Of a stretch of DNA of 64,000 nt, positions 1-8,626 are shown in pieces. This stretch comes from Actinomycetales bacterium (GTDB lineage Bacteria; Actinomycetota; Actinomycetes; Nanopelagicales; Nanopelagicaceae): assembly GCA_018970885.1 (NCBI GenBank), contig JAGWVL010000001.1, forward strand, positions 2,035-66,034. Direction: 5' to 3'. Numbering within the stretch: position 1 is the first letter of the stretch; each line of letters begins with the position of its first letter. A program made the translations under genes and the position numbers. The notes beneath the pieces are model-generated. The model worked only from the letters and a program-made list of their open reading frames with translations. It did not search any database and had not been told where the DNA came from.

Positions 1-581
1 TACTTGGGTACTCAACCCTTTTTACCGTTTCGTCAGTTGAAGTTATTGGAAGTGCCAAGCCCATTAACACGGGAATCACAATGGGACAGAAATTAGCTCG
101 TGTGGAACCTCGAGCGGTAGCAACTAAATTAGAAGAACTTGACTGGGTTGAATCGGTAGATATTTCTCGCAACTGGATTAATGGAAAGGTTGTTGTTGAA
201 CTTACTCCGAGAACTCCCATTGCAACCTTTCAGAATCAGGTGATTGATTCAACCGGTGCCAGCTTTGTGCCACAAGGTGAGCGACCATCTGGATTAATCG
301 AGATTCAAGCAGCCACCATTGAGGCTGCAAGCAAGGCGGTCACCTTCCTTTCCCAGCTGCCACAAGAGCTCAACTCAACCTTGAAGGTTGTAAAGGTTCG
401 AAGTACCGGAGCACTTGTTTTGATCTTGGAAAATAATGGCAAAAAGATTGAACTTCGCTGGGGTACTAACTCTGAAAATGAGTTGAAATTAAAGGTTTAT
501 AAGGCATTGATTGCACTGCCGGAAAATGCAAATATAAAAAGAGTTGATGTGTCTGCACCACATGCACCAATCGTTAAGTAA
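1..581 (+). CDS. ftsQ: Cell division protein FtsQ (5'-truncated by window)
   Basis: Frame is open from base 3 (LGYSTLFTVSSVEVIG...). POTRA-like segment, C-terminal DVSAPHAP motif, directly upstream of ftsZ. Confidence 0.9.
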   Translation, partial: LGYSTLFTVSSVEVIGSAKPINTGITMGQKLARVEPRAVATKLEELDWVESVDISRNWINGKVVVELTPRTPIATFQNQVIDSTGASFVPQGERPSGLIEIQAATIEAASKAVTFLSQLPQELNSTLKVVKVRSTGALVLILENNGKKIELRWGTNSENELKLKVYKALIALPENANIKRVDVSAPHAPIVK

Positions 582-667
582 ATAGGAAATTGCGACACGT
601 TAAACAAATCGCGTCGGTGTTTGATAATCACCCTTATGCGCTTTAGGTTCGCCCTATAGAAACGTAG

Positions 668-710
668 TGAATTGTAAGTCTCAAGTTGAGGTTTATAGTT
701 CATAAGGAGG
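668..710 (+). promoter_or_regulatory. Imperfect inverted repeat plus SD (AAGGAGG 704-710) upstream of ftsZ
   Basis: TGAATTGTAAGTCTC-AAGTT-GAGGTTTATAGTTCA: 15-bp stem with 4 G-U pairs. Confidence 0.6.
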
Positions 711-717
711 ATTAAAA

Positions 718-1848
718 GTGGCTTCACCACAAAATTATTTAGCGGTCATCAAAGTCGTCGGCATTGGTGGCGGTGGAGTTAACGCAATTAATCGAATGAT
801 CGATGTCGGATTAAAAGGCGTCGAGTTCATTGCGATTAACACAGATGCACAACATTTATTAATGAGTGATGCAGATGTGAAATTAGATATTGGTCGCAAG
901 ACTACACGTGGACTTGGCGCAGGAATGGATCCAGATAAGGGTCGCGAAGCAGCACTTGATCACGCAGATGATATTGAAGAAATTCTTCGTGGGGCAGATA
1001 TGGTTTTTGTAACCGCAGGCGAAGGCGGCGGAACCGGAACTGGTGCAGCTCCAATTGTTGCAAAGATTGCAAAAGATATTGGTGCATTGACTATCGGTGT
1101 AGTAACTCGTCCATTCTCATTTGAGGCCAAGCTTCGTTCAACACAGGCAGATGCTGGTATTGAAGCGTTACGGGCCGAGGTCGATACTTTGATCGTTATT
1201 CCAAATGATCGTCTACTTGCAATCTCTGATCGCACAATTACTTTGGCAGATGCCTTCAAAAGCGCAGATCAAGTTTTGCTTTCAGGTGTTCAGGGAATTA
1301 CAGAGATCATCACACAGCCAGGATTAATCAATCTTGACTTTGCAGATGTTAAAGCAGTTATGTCAGGTGCGGGTTCTGCATTGATGGGCATCGGTTCTGC
1401 TCGCGGAGAAAATCGCGCACTACGCGCAGCTGAACTAGCGATTTCAAGTCCACTTCTTGAAGCTTCAATTGATGGAGCTATGGGAGTTCTTCTCTCAGTT
1501 TCAGGTGGATCCGATCTAGGTCTCTTTGAGGTTAACGAGGCGTGTGAACTTGTTCAATCTGCGGTTCACCCTAACGCTAAGTTCATCTTTGGAACGACTA
1601 TTGATGATGCACTCGGAGATGAGGTGCGTATTACAGTTGTTGCTGCTGGCTTTGAAGGTGGAGAGCCAAAGAAGGTTGCAACACCAGTAATCAATGCGGC
1701 AACTCTTGGTGGGGTTGCTGATCCAATCGCAGCAAATGATCCAATCTCAGTTGCTCTCGATCTTGGCAGCGAAACTCCAAAACGTCGCGTGACCTTTGAA
1801 GAGTTAGTAGCTGAGGATGAGATCGACGTTCCTGACTTCATGAAGTAA
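718..1848 (+). CDS. ftsZ: Cell division GTPase FtsZ
   Basis: GGGTGTG tubulin signature, NLDFADV T7 loop, C-terminal DVPDFMK; GTG start with SD. Confidence 0.99.
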   Translation: MASPQNYLAVIKVVGIGGGGVNAINRMIDVGLKGVEFIAINTDAQHLLMSDADVKLDIGRKTTRGLGAGMDPDKGREAALDHADDIEEILRGADMVFVTAGEGGGTGTGAAPIVAKIAKDIGALTIGVVTRPFSFEAKLRSTQADAGIEALRAEVDTLIVIPNDRLLAISDRTITLADAFKSADQVLLSGVQGITEIITQPGLINLDFADVKAVMSGAGSALMGIGSARGENRALRAAELAISSPLLEASIDGAMGVLLSVSGGSDLGLFEVNEACELVQSAVHPNAKFIFGTTIDDALGDEVRITVVAAGFEGGEPKKVATPVINAATLGGVADPIAANDPISVALDLGSETPKRRVTFEELVAEDEIDVPDFMK

Positions 1849-1852
1849 GGCT

Positions 1853-2503
1853 TTGCCTCACTTTTTCACCGATCGGCGCGGAGGCTCAAGCCTTGGCGTC
1901 TATGAATCTTTAAACCTTGCCCTTCATGTTGGCGATGATCCTGCGGTGGTTGCTGCCAATCGCGCACAGATTGGCTCGGCACAGTTCATGAATCAGGTTC
2001 ATGGCGATGAGATCGTGATTGTGGATTCCGTTACTTCAGAAGTGCCAACCTGCGATGGATTGATCACAACAAAACCTGCGGTCTCATTAGCTGTGATGGT
2101 TGCCGATTGCATACCTTTGCTCCTTGTATCAAAAGCTGCGGTAGGAGCAATTCATGTTGGTAGAGCTGGATTGGTTAACCGTATCGCACTGAAAGCAATT
2201 CACATGATGGGCTCCTTGGGTGCCACTGACATTCACGCAATATTGGGACCATCAATTTGTGGGGTTTGTTATGAAGTTCCATTGCAGATGCAGCAGGATG
2301 TTGTGCAAGAGCATCCACGTGCCTTTGCAACAACCCGCAAAGGAACACCTGGGCTGGATCTTCCCAAGGCGTTGATTGCAGATTTGATGTCAGTGGGTGT
2401 GTCCTATGAGGCTGCATCAAGTTGCACCTATGAGGATGAAATGTACTTTTCACACCGCCGTCAAAATCCAACGGGTAGGTTTGCAGGAGTCGTATCCCTA
2501 TGA
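1853..2503 (+). CDS. pgeF: PgeF/YfiH (YlmD) family protein
   Basis: NLALHVGD, QVHG, ADCIP, HVGR, FSHRR motifs; follows ftsZ. Confidence 0.93.
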   Translation: MPHFFTDRRGGSSLGVYESLNLALHVGDDPAVVAANRAQIGSAQFMNQVHGDEIVIVDSVTSEVPTCDGLITTKPAVSLAVMVADCIPLLLVSKAAVGAIHVGRAGLVNRIALKAIHMMGSLGATDIHAILGPSICGVCYEVPLQMQQDVVQEHPRAFATTRKGTPGLDLPKALIADLMSVGVSYEAASSCTYEDEMYFSHRRQNPTGRFAGVVSL

Positions 2504-3156
2504 GCCGCCTTGATGAAATCTCTGCTAATCTCGAATTAGTTAAATCAAAGATTGCTGCCGTTGCTTCCCATCCCGTTACCTTAATTGCCGTTACTAAAAC
2601 CTTTCCAGTAAGTGATGTTCAGATACTGCAGCAACTAGGTGTCACCGATTTTGGCGAAAACCGTGATGCAGAAGGTGCTGAAAAATCTCAATTGGTTGCT
2701 GGAAACTGGCATTTTCAGGGTCAGATTCAAAGCAATAAGTTGAAATCAATTACCTCATGGGCATCAGTCATCCATTCTCTCGATGAGCCGCGTCATTTCG
2801 AGCTGGTTGAAAAACTTGCCCCACATCCGTTGTCGATCTTTTTGCAGGTTTCATTGGATGGAGCCCACCATCGCGGGGGAGCAGGGGTTGATCAGCTGTA
2901 TCAATTGGCTGAAAAAGTCTCAACTTCCGCCACCCACACCTTGGCGGGGTTGATGTCAGTTCCTCCAGTAGGGATGGATCCACATCAGGCATACGCACAA
3001 TTAGCAGTGATCCGTAATGAGTTTATGGACCGCTTCCCAAATGCGAAATACCTGTCGGCGGGCATGAGTGGGGATTATGAAACTGCGATCTCCCATGGTG
3101 CGACACATGTCCGCGTGGGCTCATCAATCCTCGGTTCCCGCTCACCCCACAGGTAA
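2500..3156 (+). CDS. yggS: PLP homeostasis protein YggS/YlmE
   Basis: AVTK PLP lysine, FGEN, WHFQGQIQSNK, SAGMSGD, GATHVRVGS. Confidence 0.96.
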   Translation: MSRLDEISANLELVKSKIAAVASHPVTLIAVTKTFPVSDVQILQQLGVTDFGENRDAEGAEKSQLVAGNWHFQGQIQSNKLKSITSWASVIHSLDEPRHFELVEKLAPHPLSIFLQVSLDGAHHRGGAGVDQLYQLAEKVSTSATHTLAGLMSVPPVGMDPHQAYAQLAVIRNEFMDRFPNAKYLSAGMSGDYETAISHGATHVRVGSSILGSRSPHR

Positions 3157-3165
3157 CCTTTAACC

Positions 3166-3648
3166 ATGCCTAATGCAATGCGCCGTGTCGCTAATTACCT
3201 TGGTTTGATGGATGATCCTGAATTTGATACTCCACAAACAACAACTGCAAGTACTCCAGCAATCGCCCCAACAGGTGATGTTCGTGTTAAAACTCGCGAG
3301 CCTCGTTCAGTTGGTTCATTGCGCCACTCATCAGTTGTAGAGGTTGCACCACAGCTTGATCTTCCAACAATGGATCGCATCATTACTTTGCATCCACGCT
3401 TTTATAACGAGGCTCGTACGATCGGTGAGCATTTCCGTCAAGGAAATCCAGTGATCATCAATCTGACTGAAATGGACGAGTCAGAGCACAAGCGTCTAGT
3501 TGATTTTGCAAGCGGACTTGCTTTTGGTTTGCACGGAACAATTGAGCGCGTGACAAAGAAGGTATTCCTTTTGTCACCAGCGAATGTTTCAGTTAGCTCT
3601 GAAGATAAATCAGCAGCTGCTCAAGCAAGTTTCTTCAACCAGAGCTGA
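3166..3648 (+). CDS. sepF: Cell division protein SepF
   Basis: N-terminal amphipathic helix, KRLVDFASGL, VFLLSP, C-terminal FFNQS. Confidence 0.96.
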   Translation: MPNAMRRVANYLGLMDDPEFDTPQTTTASTPAIAPTGDVRVKTREPRSVGSLRHSSVVEVAPQLDLPTMDRIITLHPRFYNEARTIGEHFRQGNPVIINLTEMDESEHKRLVDFASGLAFGLHGTIERVTKKVFLLSPANVSVSSEDKSAAAQASFFNQS

Positions 3649-3650
3649 TC

Positions 3651-3935
3651 ATGTTGAGCGTCGGCTCATTGCTAGCCAGTATTCTTCAAATCTTTCTGCT
3701 CGCCCTTCTGGGAAGATTAATCTTTGATTATGTGCAAATGTTTTCTCGTACTTGGCGTCCCAAAGGAATCCTTCTCTACTTTGTAGAAGCGATCTACACA
3801 ATCACCGATCCACCGATGAAGTTTGTGGGTCGCTTTGTTCCTCCACTTCGTTTAGGGGCGGTAAGTCTTGATATGAGTTTTATTGTGCTCTTTTTCGGAA
3901 CACAACTGTTGATGGGTCTGGTGCGCGGTCTGTAA
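3651..3935 (+). CDS. yggT: YggT/YlmG (SepG) family membrane protein
   Basis: YTITDPP...PPLRLG..LD motif; follows sepF. Confidence 0.93.
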   Translation: MLSVGSLLASILQIFLLALLGRLIFDYVQMFSRTWRPKGILLYFVEAIYTITDPPMKFVGRFVPPLRLGAVSLDMSFIVLFFGTQLLMGLVRGL

Positions 3936-6900
3936 TTACTGCTTAACAAGTACCACCTCTACACCAATCTCAGTATCTTTAACCGCTAATCCAGCATCAC
4001 GTGTGATTGAAAGTGCTAAAACTTCATCTGCGATGTGAGCAAGATCAGTTTCTATTGCCGCAGCCATCTCATCAGTTGCATTCCATGTAACGTTGATGCG
4101 ATCTGAGATATCTAAGCCATCGCTCTTGCGACGCTCTTGAATAAATCGGATTACTTCACGCACATTTCCAGCAGCAATAAGGGCGGGAGTTAGCTCAAGA
4201 TCCAGCGCAACGCTTTCACCATCATGGGATGAAACGCTCCAGCCGCTCTTTGGAACCTCTGTAATGACTAGGTCATCAAGTTCAATCTCCCATGTGCCAA
4301 CGGTGGTGACACCAGTTGAGCGAATTGTCTTTACTAAGGTGGTCGCATCGGTTGCGGCAATTACCTTTGCAATCTCCTGAACTGCACCACCAAACTTGGC
4401 ACCCAATGATTTGAAGTTAGCTTTAACGCTGATGTCGACAAGATCTCCATCTGCCGTTGCAATGTCCTGCAGCGTTTGAACATTGAGTTCATCGGCGATT
4501 TGCTCACGCATCGCTTCGGGAAGAGTTGCCCATCCGCTAGCTGCGATCAGTGCGCGACCCAAAGGCTGGCGGATTTTAATTCCAGATTCTGCACGTGTTG
4601 CGCGCCCTAATTCAACGATTCGTCGAGTTAACGCAACTTGTGATGCAAGTTCAGTATCGATTGCACCTATGTTGACTACTGGCCAATCAGAAAGGTGAAC
4701 CGATGCAGGTTGCTGTGAATCTGCCGGAATTACTAACTCTTGCCAAACTTGTTCGGTAATAAATGGAACTAAGGGAGCAAGTAGTTGTGTCAACGTTACC
4801 AAGCACTCATGCAAAGTTCCTAGTGCTGCGACATCTCCATCCCAGAAACGTCGACGAGAACGACGTACATACCAGTTAGATAAATCATCAATAAATCGTG
4901 CTAGAGCGCGGCCTGCAATTTGAGAATCAAAATCCTCCAGCGCTGTATCAACCTCTTGCACCACACTGTTCAACTCCGAGATGATCCAACGGTCCATCAA
5001 TGGACGATCCGAAAGCGCTGGGGTCTGAGTAAGGTCAAAGTTAGAGGCTTTGGCGTATAAAGCGTGGAATGAAACGGTGTTCCAGTAGGTCAACAAAGTT
5101 TTGCGGACAACTTCGTTGATGCTGTCATGACCTACTCGGCGGGCAGCCCACGGAGAACCAGCTGCCAACATGTACCAACGAACCGCATCCGCCCCATGTT
5201 GATCCATCAAAGCCATTGGTTCGAGAACATTGCCAAGGTGCTTACTCATCTTGCGACCATCCTTATCAAGGATATGACCAAGGCACAGCACTGTTTTATA
5301 AGAGGATTGATCAAAGACCAAGGTTCCAATAGTCATCAAGGTGTAGAACCAACCACGTGTTTGATCAATCGCTTCACAAATAAAGTCGGCTGGGTACGAG
5401 GCTTTGAACTTTTCTACTGAACCTTCTTTGTGCGGGTATCCCCATTGAGCAAATGGCATCGCACCAGAGTCGTACCAGCAATCGATTACCTCTGGAACTC
5501 GTGTCATTGTAAGTGAACACTCAGCACAGGCAAAGGTAATGTCATCAACAAATGGTCGGTGCGGATCCAGATTAGAAAGTTCTTGACCAGCAAGTAAGCC
5601 AAGCTCCTTCAATGAATCAACGCAGATCTCGTGTTTGTTCTCGCAACGCCAGATCGGAAGTGGTGTACCCCAATATCGGTTACGTGAAAGAGCCCAATCA
5701 ATATTGTTATTAAGCCAATCTCCGTAACGACCCTCTTTAATTGTCTCTGGATGCCAATCTGTTGCGGCATTTTCGCGTAGCAGTGCATCCTTAATCGATG
5801 TTGTACGGATGTACCAGGATGGTTGTGCGTAATACATCAACGCTGTATGACAGCGCCAACAATGCGGATAAGTGTGCTCGTATTGCTGGTGCCTATATAA
5901 CGCACCACCTGCCTTGAGCTCTTTCACCAAAGGCTTATCGGCCTCTTTGAAAAAGACTCCGCCAACAACAGGAACACCTGCTAAGAAATGTCCATCGGGT
6001 GCAATGGGATTTACGACCGGCAATCCATAGCTACGACATACCGCTAAGTCATCGGCACCAAAGGCAGGTGCTTGGTGAACTAGTCCAGTTCCATCCTCAG
6101 TTGTTACATAGGTAGCAAGAACTACATAGTGAGCAGCTGGAATTTCAATGTAATCAAATGGGCGCTTGTATGTAACTCGCTCGAGCTCCTTGCCCAGCAT
6201 TGTCTTTAGAATCTTCTTCTCGCCTTTAACAGTCTCCATCAAATTCTGTGCAACAACTAAGACTTCAGTGCTTTCTTCATCTGTAACTTCGATGGCAACG
6301 TACTCAACCTCTGGATGTACAGCTACTGCCGTGTTTGAAACTAATGTCCACGGGGTAGTGGTCCACACCAATAAAGATGCATTCAACGCCTCAAGTTCAC
6401 CTGATGTCACGGGAAAACGAACAAATACTGATGGATCGGTGACGGTTTCATAACCTTGCGCTAGTTCGTGATCTGATAAACCTGTGCCACAGCGCGGACA
6501 GTAAGGAGCAACGCGATGATCCTGCACCAGTAATCCCTTTTTCCATATCTCTTTCAGGGACCACCAGACTGATTCAACATACTCTGGAGACATCGTCCAA
6601 TACGCTTCATCAAAATCAACCCAGAAGCCCATGCGATCTGTCATATCTGTAAATGCATTTACGTGACGTTGAACAGATTCGCGACACTTGTCATTAAATG
6701 GAGCGATTCCAAACTTTTCAATATCGCCTTTACCAGAAAAACCTAACTCTTTTTCTACTGCGATCTCCACTGGCAAACCGTGACAATCCCAACCTGCTTT
6801 ACGAGTTACCTGCTTACCTTTCATTGTATGAAAACGCGGAAACAAATCCTTAAATACGCGAGCTTCAATGTGGTGTGTGCCAGGCATTCCATTTGCAGTT

Positions 6901-7046
6901 GGTGGACCTTCATAAAATGTCCAAGCAGCAGCACCTTCGCGAGCTGCAACTGTTTTTTCAAAGATTGAATTGTCGCGCCAGAACTTTAAAATTGCATGTT
7001 CGACTGCAGGTAGATCAACAGCTGCGGGGATGGCGCGAAATGACAT
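3936..7046 (-). CDS. ileS: Isoleucine--tRNA ligase (type 2)
   Basis: EGPPTANG, GWDCHGLP, WTTTPWTL, KMSKH. Likely start is ATG 7046 with SD GGAGG; the ORF-track extension to 7139 runs through the T-box. Confidence 0.98.
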   Translation of the reverse strand: MSFRAIPAAVDLPAVEHAILKFWRDNSIFEKTVAAREGAAAWTFYEGPPTANGMPGTHHIEARVFKDLFPRFHTMKGKQVTRKAGWDCHGLPVEIAVEKELGFSGKGDIEKFGIAPFNDKCRESVQRHVNAFTDMTDRMGFWVDFDEAYWTMSPEYVESVWWSLKEIWKKGLLVQDHRVAPYCPRCGTGLSDHELAQGYETVTDPSVFVRFPVTSGELEALNASLLVWTTTPWTLVSNTAVAVHPEVEYVAIEVTDEESTEVLVVAQNLMETVKGEKKILKTMLGKELERVTYKRPFDYIEIPAAHYVVLATYVTTEDGTGLVHQAPAFGADDLAVCRSYGLPVVNPIAPDGHFLAGVPVVGGVFFKEADKPLVKELKAGGALYRHQQYEHTYPHCWRCHTALMYYAQPSWYIRTTSIKDALLRENAATDWHPETIKEGRYGDWLNNNIDWALSRNRYWGTPLPIWRCENKHEICVDSLKELGLLAGQELSNLDPHRPFVDDITFACAECSLTMTRVPEVIDCWYDSGAMPFAQWGYPHKEGSVEKFKASYPADFICEAIDQTRGWFYTLMTIGTLVFDQSSYKTVLCLGHILDKDGRKMSKHLGNVLEPMALMDQHGADAVRWYMLAAGSPWAARRVGHDSINEVVRKTLLTYWNTVSFHALYAKASNFDLTQTPALSDRPLMDRWIISELNSVVQEVDTALEDFDSQIAGRALARFIDDLSNWYVRRSRRRFWDGDVAALGTLHECLVTLTQLLAPLVPFITEQVWQELVIPADSQQPASVHLSDWPVVNIGAIDTELASQVALTRRIVELGRATRAESGIKIRQPLGRALIAASGWATLPEAMREQIADELNVQTLQDIATADGDLVDISVKANFKSLGAKFGGAVQEIAKVIAATDATTLVKTIRSTGVTTVGTWEIELDDLVITEVPKSGWSVSSHDGESVALDLELTPALIAAGNVREVIRFIQERRKSDGLDISDRINVTWNATDEMAAAIETDLAHIADEVLALSITRDAGLAVKDTEIGVEVVLVKQ

Positions 7047-7221
7047 AAAAAAATCCTCCAGACAAAATTCTCTGGAGGGACGATCGCTGCATTCACAGCT
7101 TTCGCGGTACCACCCGCCTTGCACACCTTGGTGTGCCACTTGAAATCTCCCGTGCCGGTTCTACATGGGCGTGAACCCATTTCTTCCTGCTGGCTCGTGA
7201 GGTGATAGCCCCGTCAACGCC
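7047..7221 (-). ncRNA. ileS T-box riboswitch (actinobacterial short Stem I type)
   Basis: Minus strand: short Stem I with Ile specifier AUC (7204-7206), Stem II GAAGAA...GUAGAAC, T-box AAGGCGGGUGGUACCGCG (bulge 7106-7112), CGUCCCU, and a hairpin covering the SD. Confidence 0.93.
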
Positions 7222-7238
7222 CTGTACGCGAGGTTCTC

Positions 7239-7244
7239 AGTGTA
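7239..7244 (-). promoter_or_regulatory. Putative -10 (TACACT) for the T-box/ileS transcript
   Basis: TAnnnT hexamer just upstream of T-box Stem I. Confidence 0.6.
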
Positions 7245-7316
7245 GTTGATTGAATCCTTCAAAATTGACCGTGGCGAAGTTGGTAGCGGTAGCCGTCAAG
7301 GCATAAGGTTCGCGAC

Positions 7317-8138
7317 ATGCCTAAGAAGCCAGTCAAGAAAGCCGCGGTTAAGAAGGTAAAAAAAGCGGCCAAGAAGTCGGCTGTCAAAAAGGCTGCAAAG
7401 AAGGCGATCAAAAAGGTGACCCCGGTAAAGAAGGTTGCCAAAAAGGCTGCAAAGAAGGCTCCCGCTAAGAAAGCCCCCGTTAAAAAGGGTGCAGCAAAGA
7501 AGGCAGCAGCTGCCAAGAAAACTGCGGTTAAAAGCATTCCAGTAAAGAAAGCTCCAGGAAAACCATTTCCATCAAAGACAACTCTTACTGTAGATGAGAA
7601 ATCTCAAACAGTTTCTGTATCAACAATTACAGCACCAGTTGTAGCACCGGTGATCGAAGAGCGTCGTTTAGTAATGCCACCTCCACCACGTCCAGTCAAG
7701 AGTGGAAAGAAGGTTGCGCCACTGAAGCCAATCAAGGTTGCGCCTACCCCAGTTGTCGTAAGCGAGAATGAGTCACCATGGACTGCCGCTGAGATTAAGG
7801 CGATCCGCGCTGAAATTTCTAAAGAGCTCGATCGTCTTCGTAAAGAGCTCGCCATTGTGGAACAAGAGATGGATGCCTTGATTCAAGAGTCTGGTGAAGG
7901 TGCCGGCGATGATCAGGCAGATGCTGGAACAAAGACATTTGAACGTGAACATGAGATGTCATTAGTAATTAACGCACGTGACATGGTTCTACAAACTGAA
8001 CGCGCTCTTGAGCGAATCGATAACAAGAGTTATGGAAACTGCGAAGAGTGCGGTTCTCCAATTGGTAAGGCTCGATTACAAGTTTTCCCTCGCGCAACTC
8101 TCTGCATGCTGTGCAAGCAGAAGGAAGAACGGCGCTAA
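7317..8138 (+). CDS. TraR/DksA-family C4 zinc-finger protein with Lys/Ala-rich N-terminal extension
   Basis: Coiled coil with DQADAG tip, CEEC...CMLC zinc finger, KKAAKK repeats over the first ~80 aa. Confidence 0.92.
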   Translation: MPKKPVKKAAVKKVKKAAKKSAVKKAAKKAIKKVTPVKKVAKKAAKKAPAKKAPVKKGAAKKAAAAKKTAVKSIPVKKAPGKPFPSKTTLTVDEKSQTVSVSTITAPVVAPVIEERRLVMPPPPRPVKSGKKVAPLKPIKVAPTPVVVSENESPWTAAEIKAIRAEISKELDRLRKELAIVEQEMDALIQESGEGAGDDQADAGTKTFEREHEMSLVINARDMVLQTERALERIDNKSYGNCEECGSPIGKARLQVFPRATLCMLCKQKEERR

Positions 8139-8626
8139 AGGTGCGCAGATGGCGCACACTTTTTAGTGTTGCCTGGGCGGTTTGGATTCTAGATTTAGCA
8201 ACAAAAATCTGGGCGGTTAATAACCTTTCCTATAAATCCAACATCAAAGTATTTGGTGAGTTTTTCCAATTAACCTTTGTCCGTAACTCTGGAGCCGCTT
8301 TTTCATTCGCTGCCGGTGCAACTATTTTCTTGTCTATCTTCGGGTTAATTGTCATGAGCACAATCTTGTATTACTCACCTCAAATCACATCCCGCGGATG
8401 GGCTGTTGTATTGGGATTGGTTCTCGGTGGCATTCTCGGAAACATGGTGGATCGGATATTTCGCGAACCAGGTGTATTACGTGGCCATGTCATTGACTGG
8501 ATGCAGCTTCCTAATTGGCCGGTATTTAACATCGCCGACACCGCAATTGTTACCGCAGCGGTGATTGCTATGGTCTTAAGCGCCAGAAACATCCCTCCGA
8601 TAACAAAGGTAGGCTCACAACCATGA
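8111..8626 (+). CDS. lspA: Lipoprotein signal peptidase II
   Basis: DLATK, NSGAAFS, GNMVDR, VIDW, FNIAD motifs; exact start uncertain. Confidence 0.96.
   Translation: MQAEGRTALKVRRWRTLFSVAWAVWILDLATKIWAVNNLSYKSNIKVFGEFFQLTFVRNSGAAFSFAAGATIFLSIFGLIVMSTILYYSPQITSRGWAVVLGLVLGGILGNMVDRIFREPGVLRGHVIDWMQLPNWPVFNIADTAIVTAAVIAMVLSARNIPPITKVGSQP

Noticed and set aside
3102-3106. GACAC upstream of sepF as a WhiA site
   Set aside because: It lies in codons for the conserved GATH motif of YggS and about 60 nt from the predicted TSS.
7047-7139. 31-aa N-terminal extension of IleS in the ORF track
   Set aside because: It runs through the T-box RNA; the SD supports ATG 7046.
7259-7537. Hydrophobic 92-aa minus-strand ORF (FLAAFF repeats)
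   Set aside because: Antisense shadow of the Lys/Ala repeat codons.
7320-7560. Repeat-like DNA as a CRISPR or tandem array
   Set aside because: Degenerate coding repeats with no constant repeat-spacer structure.
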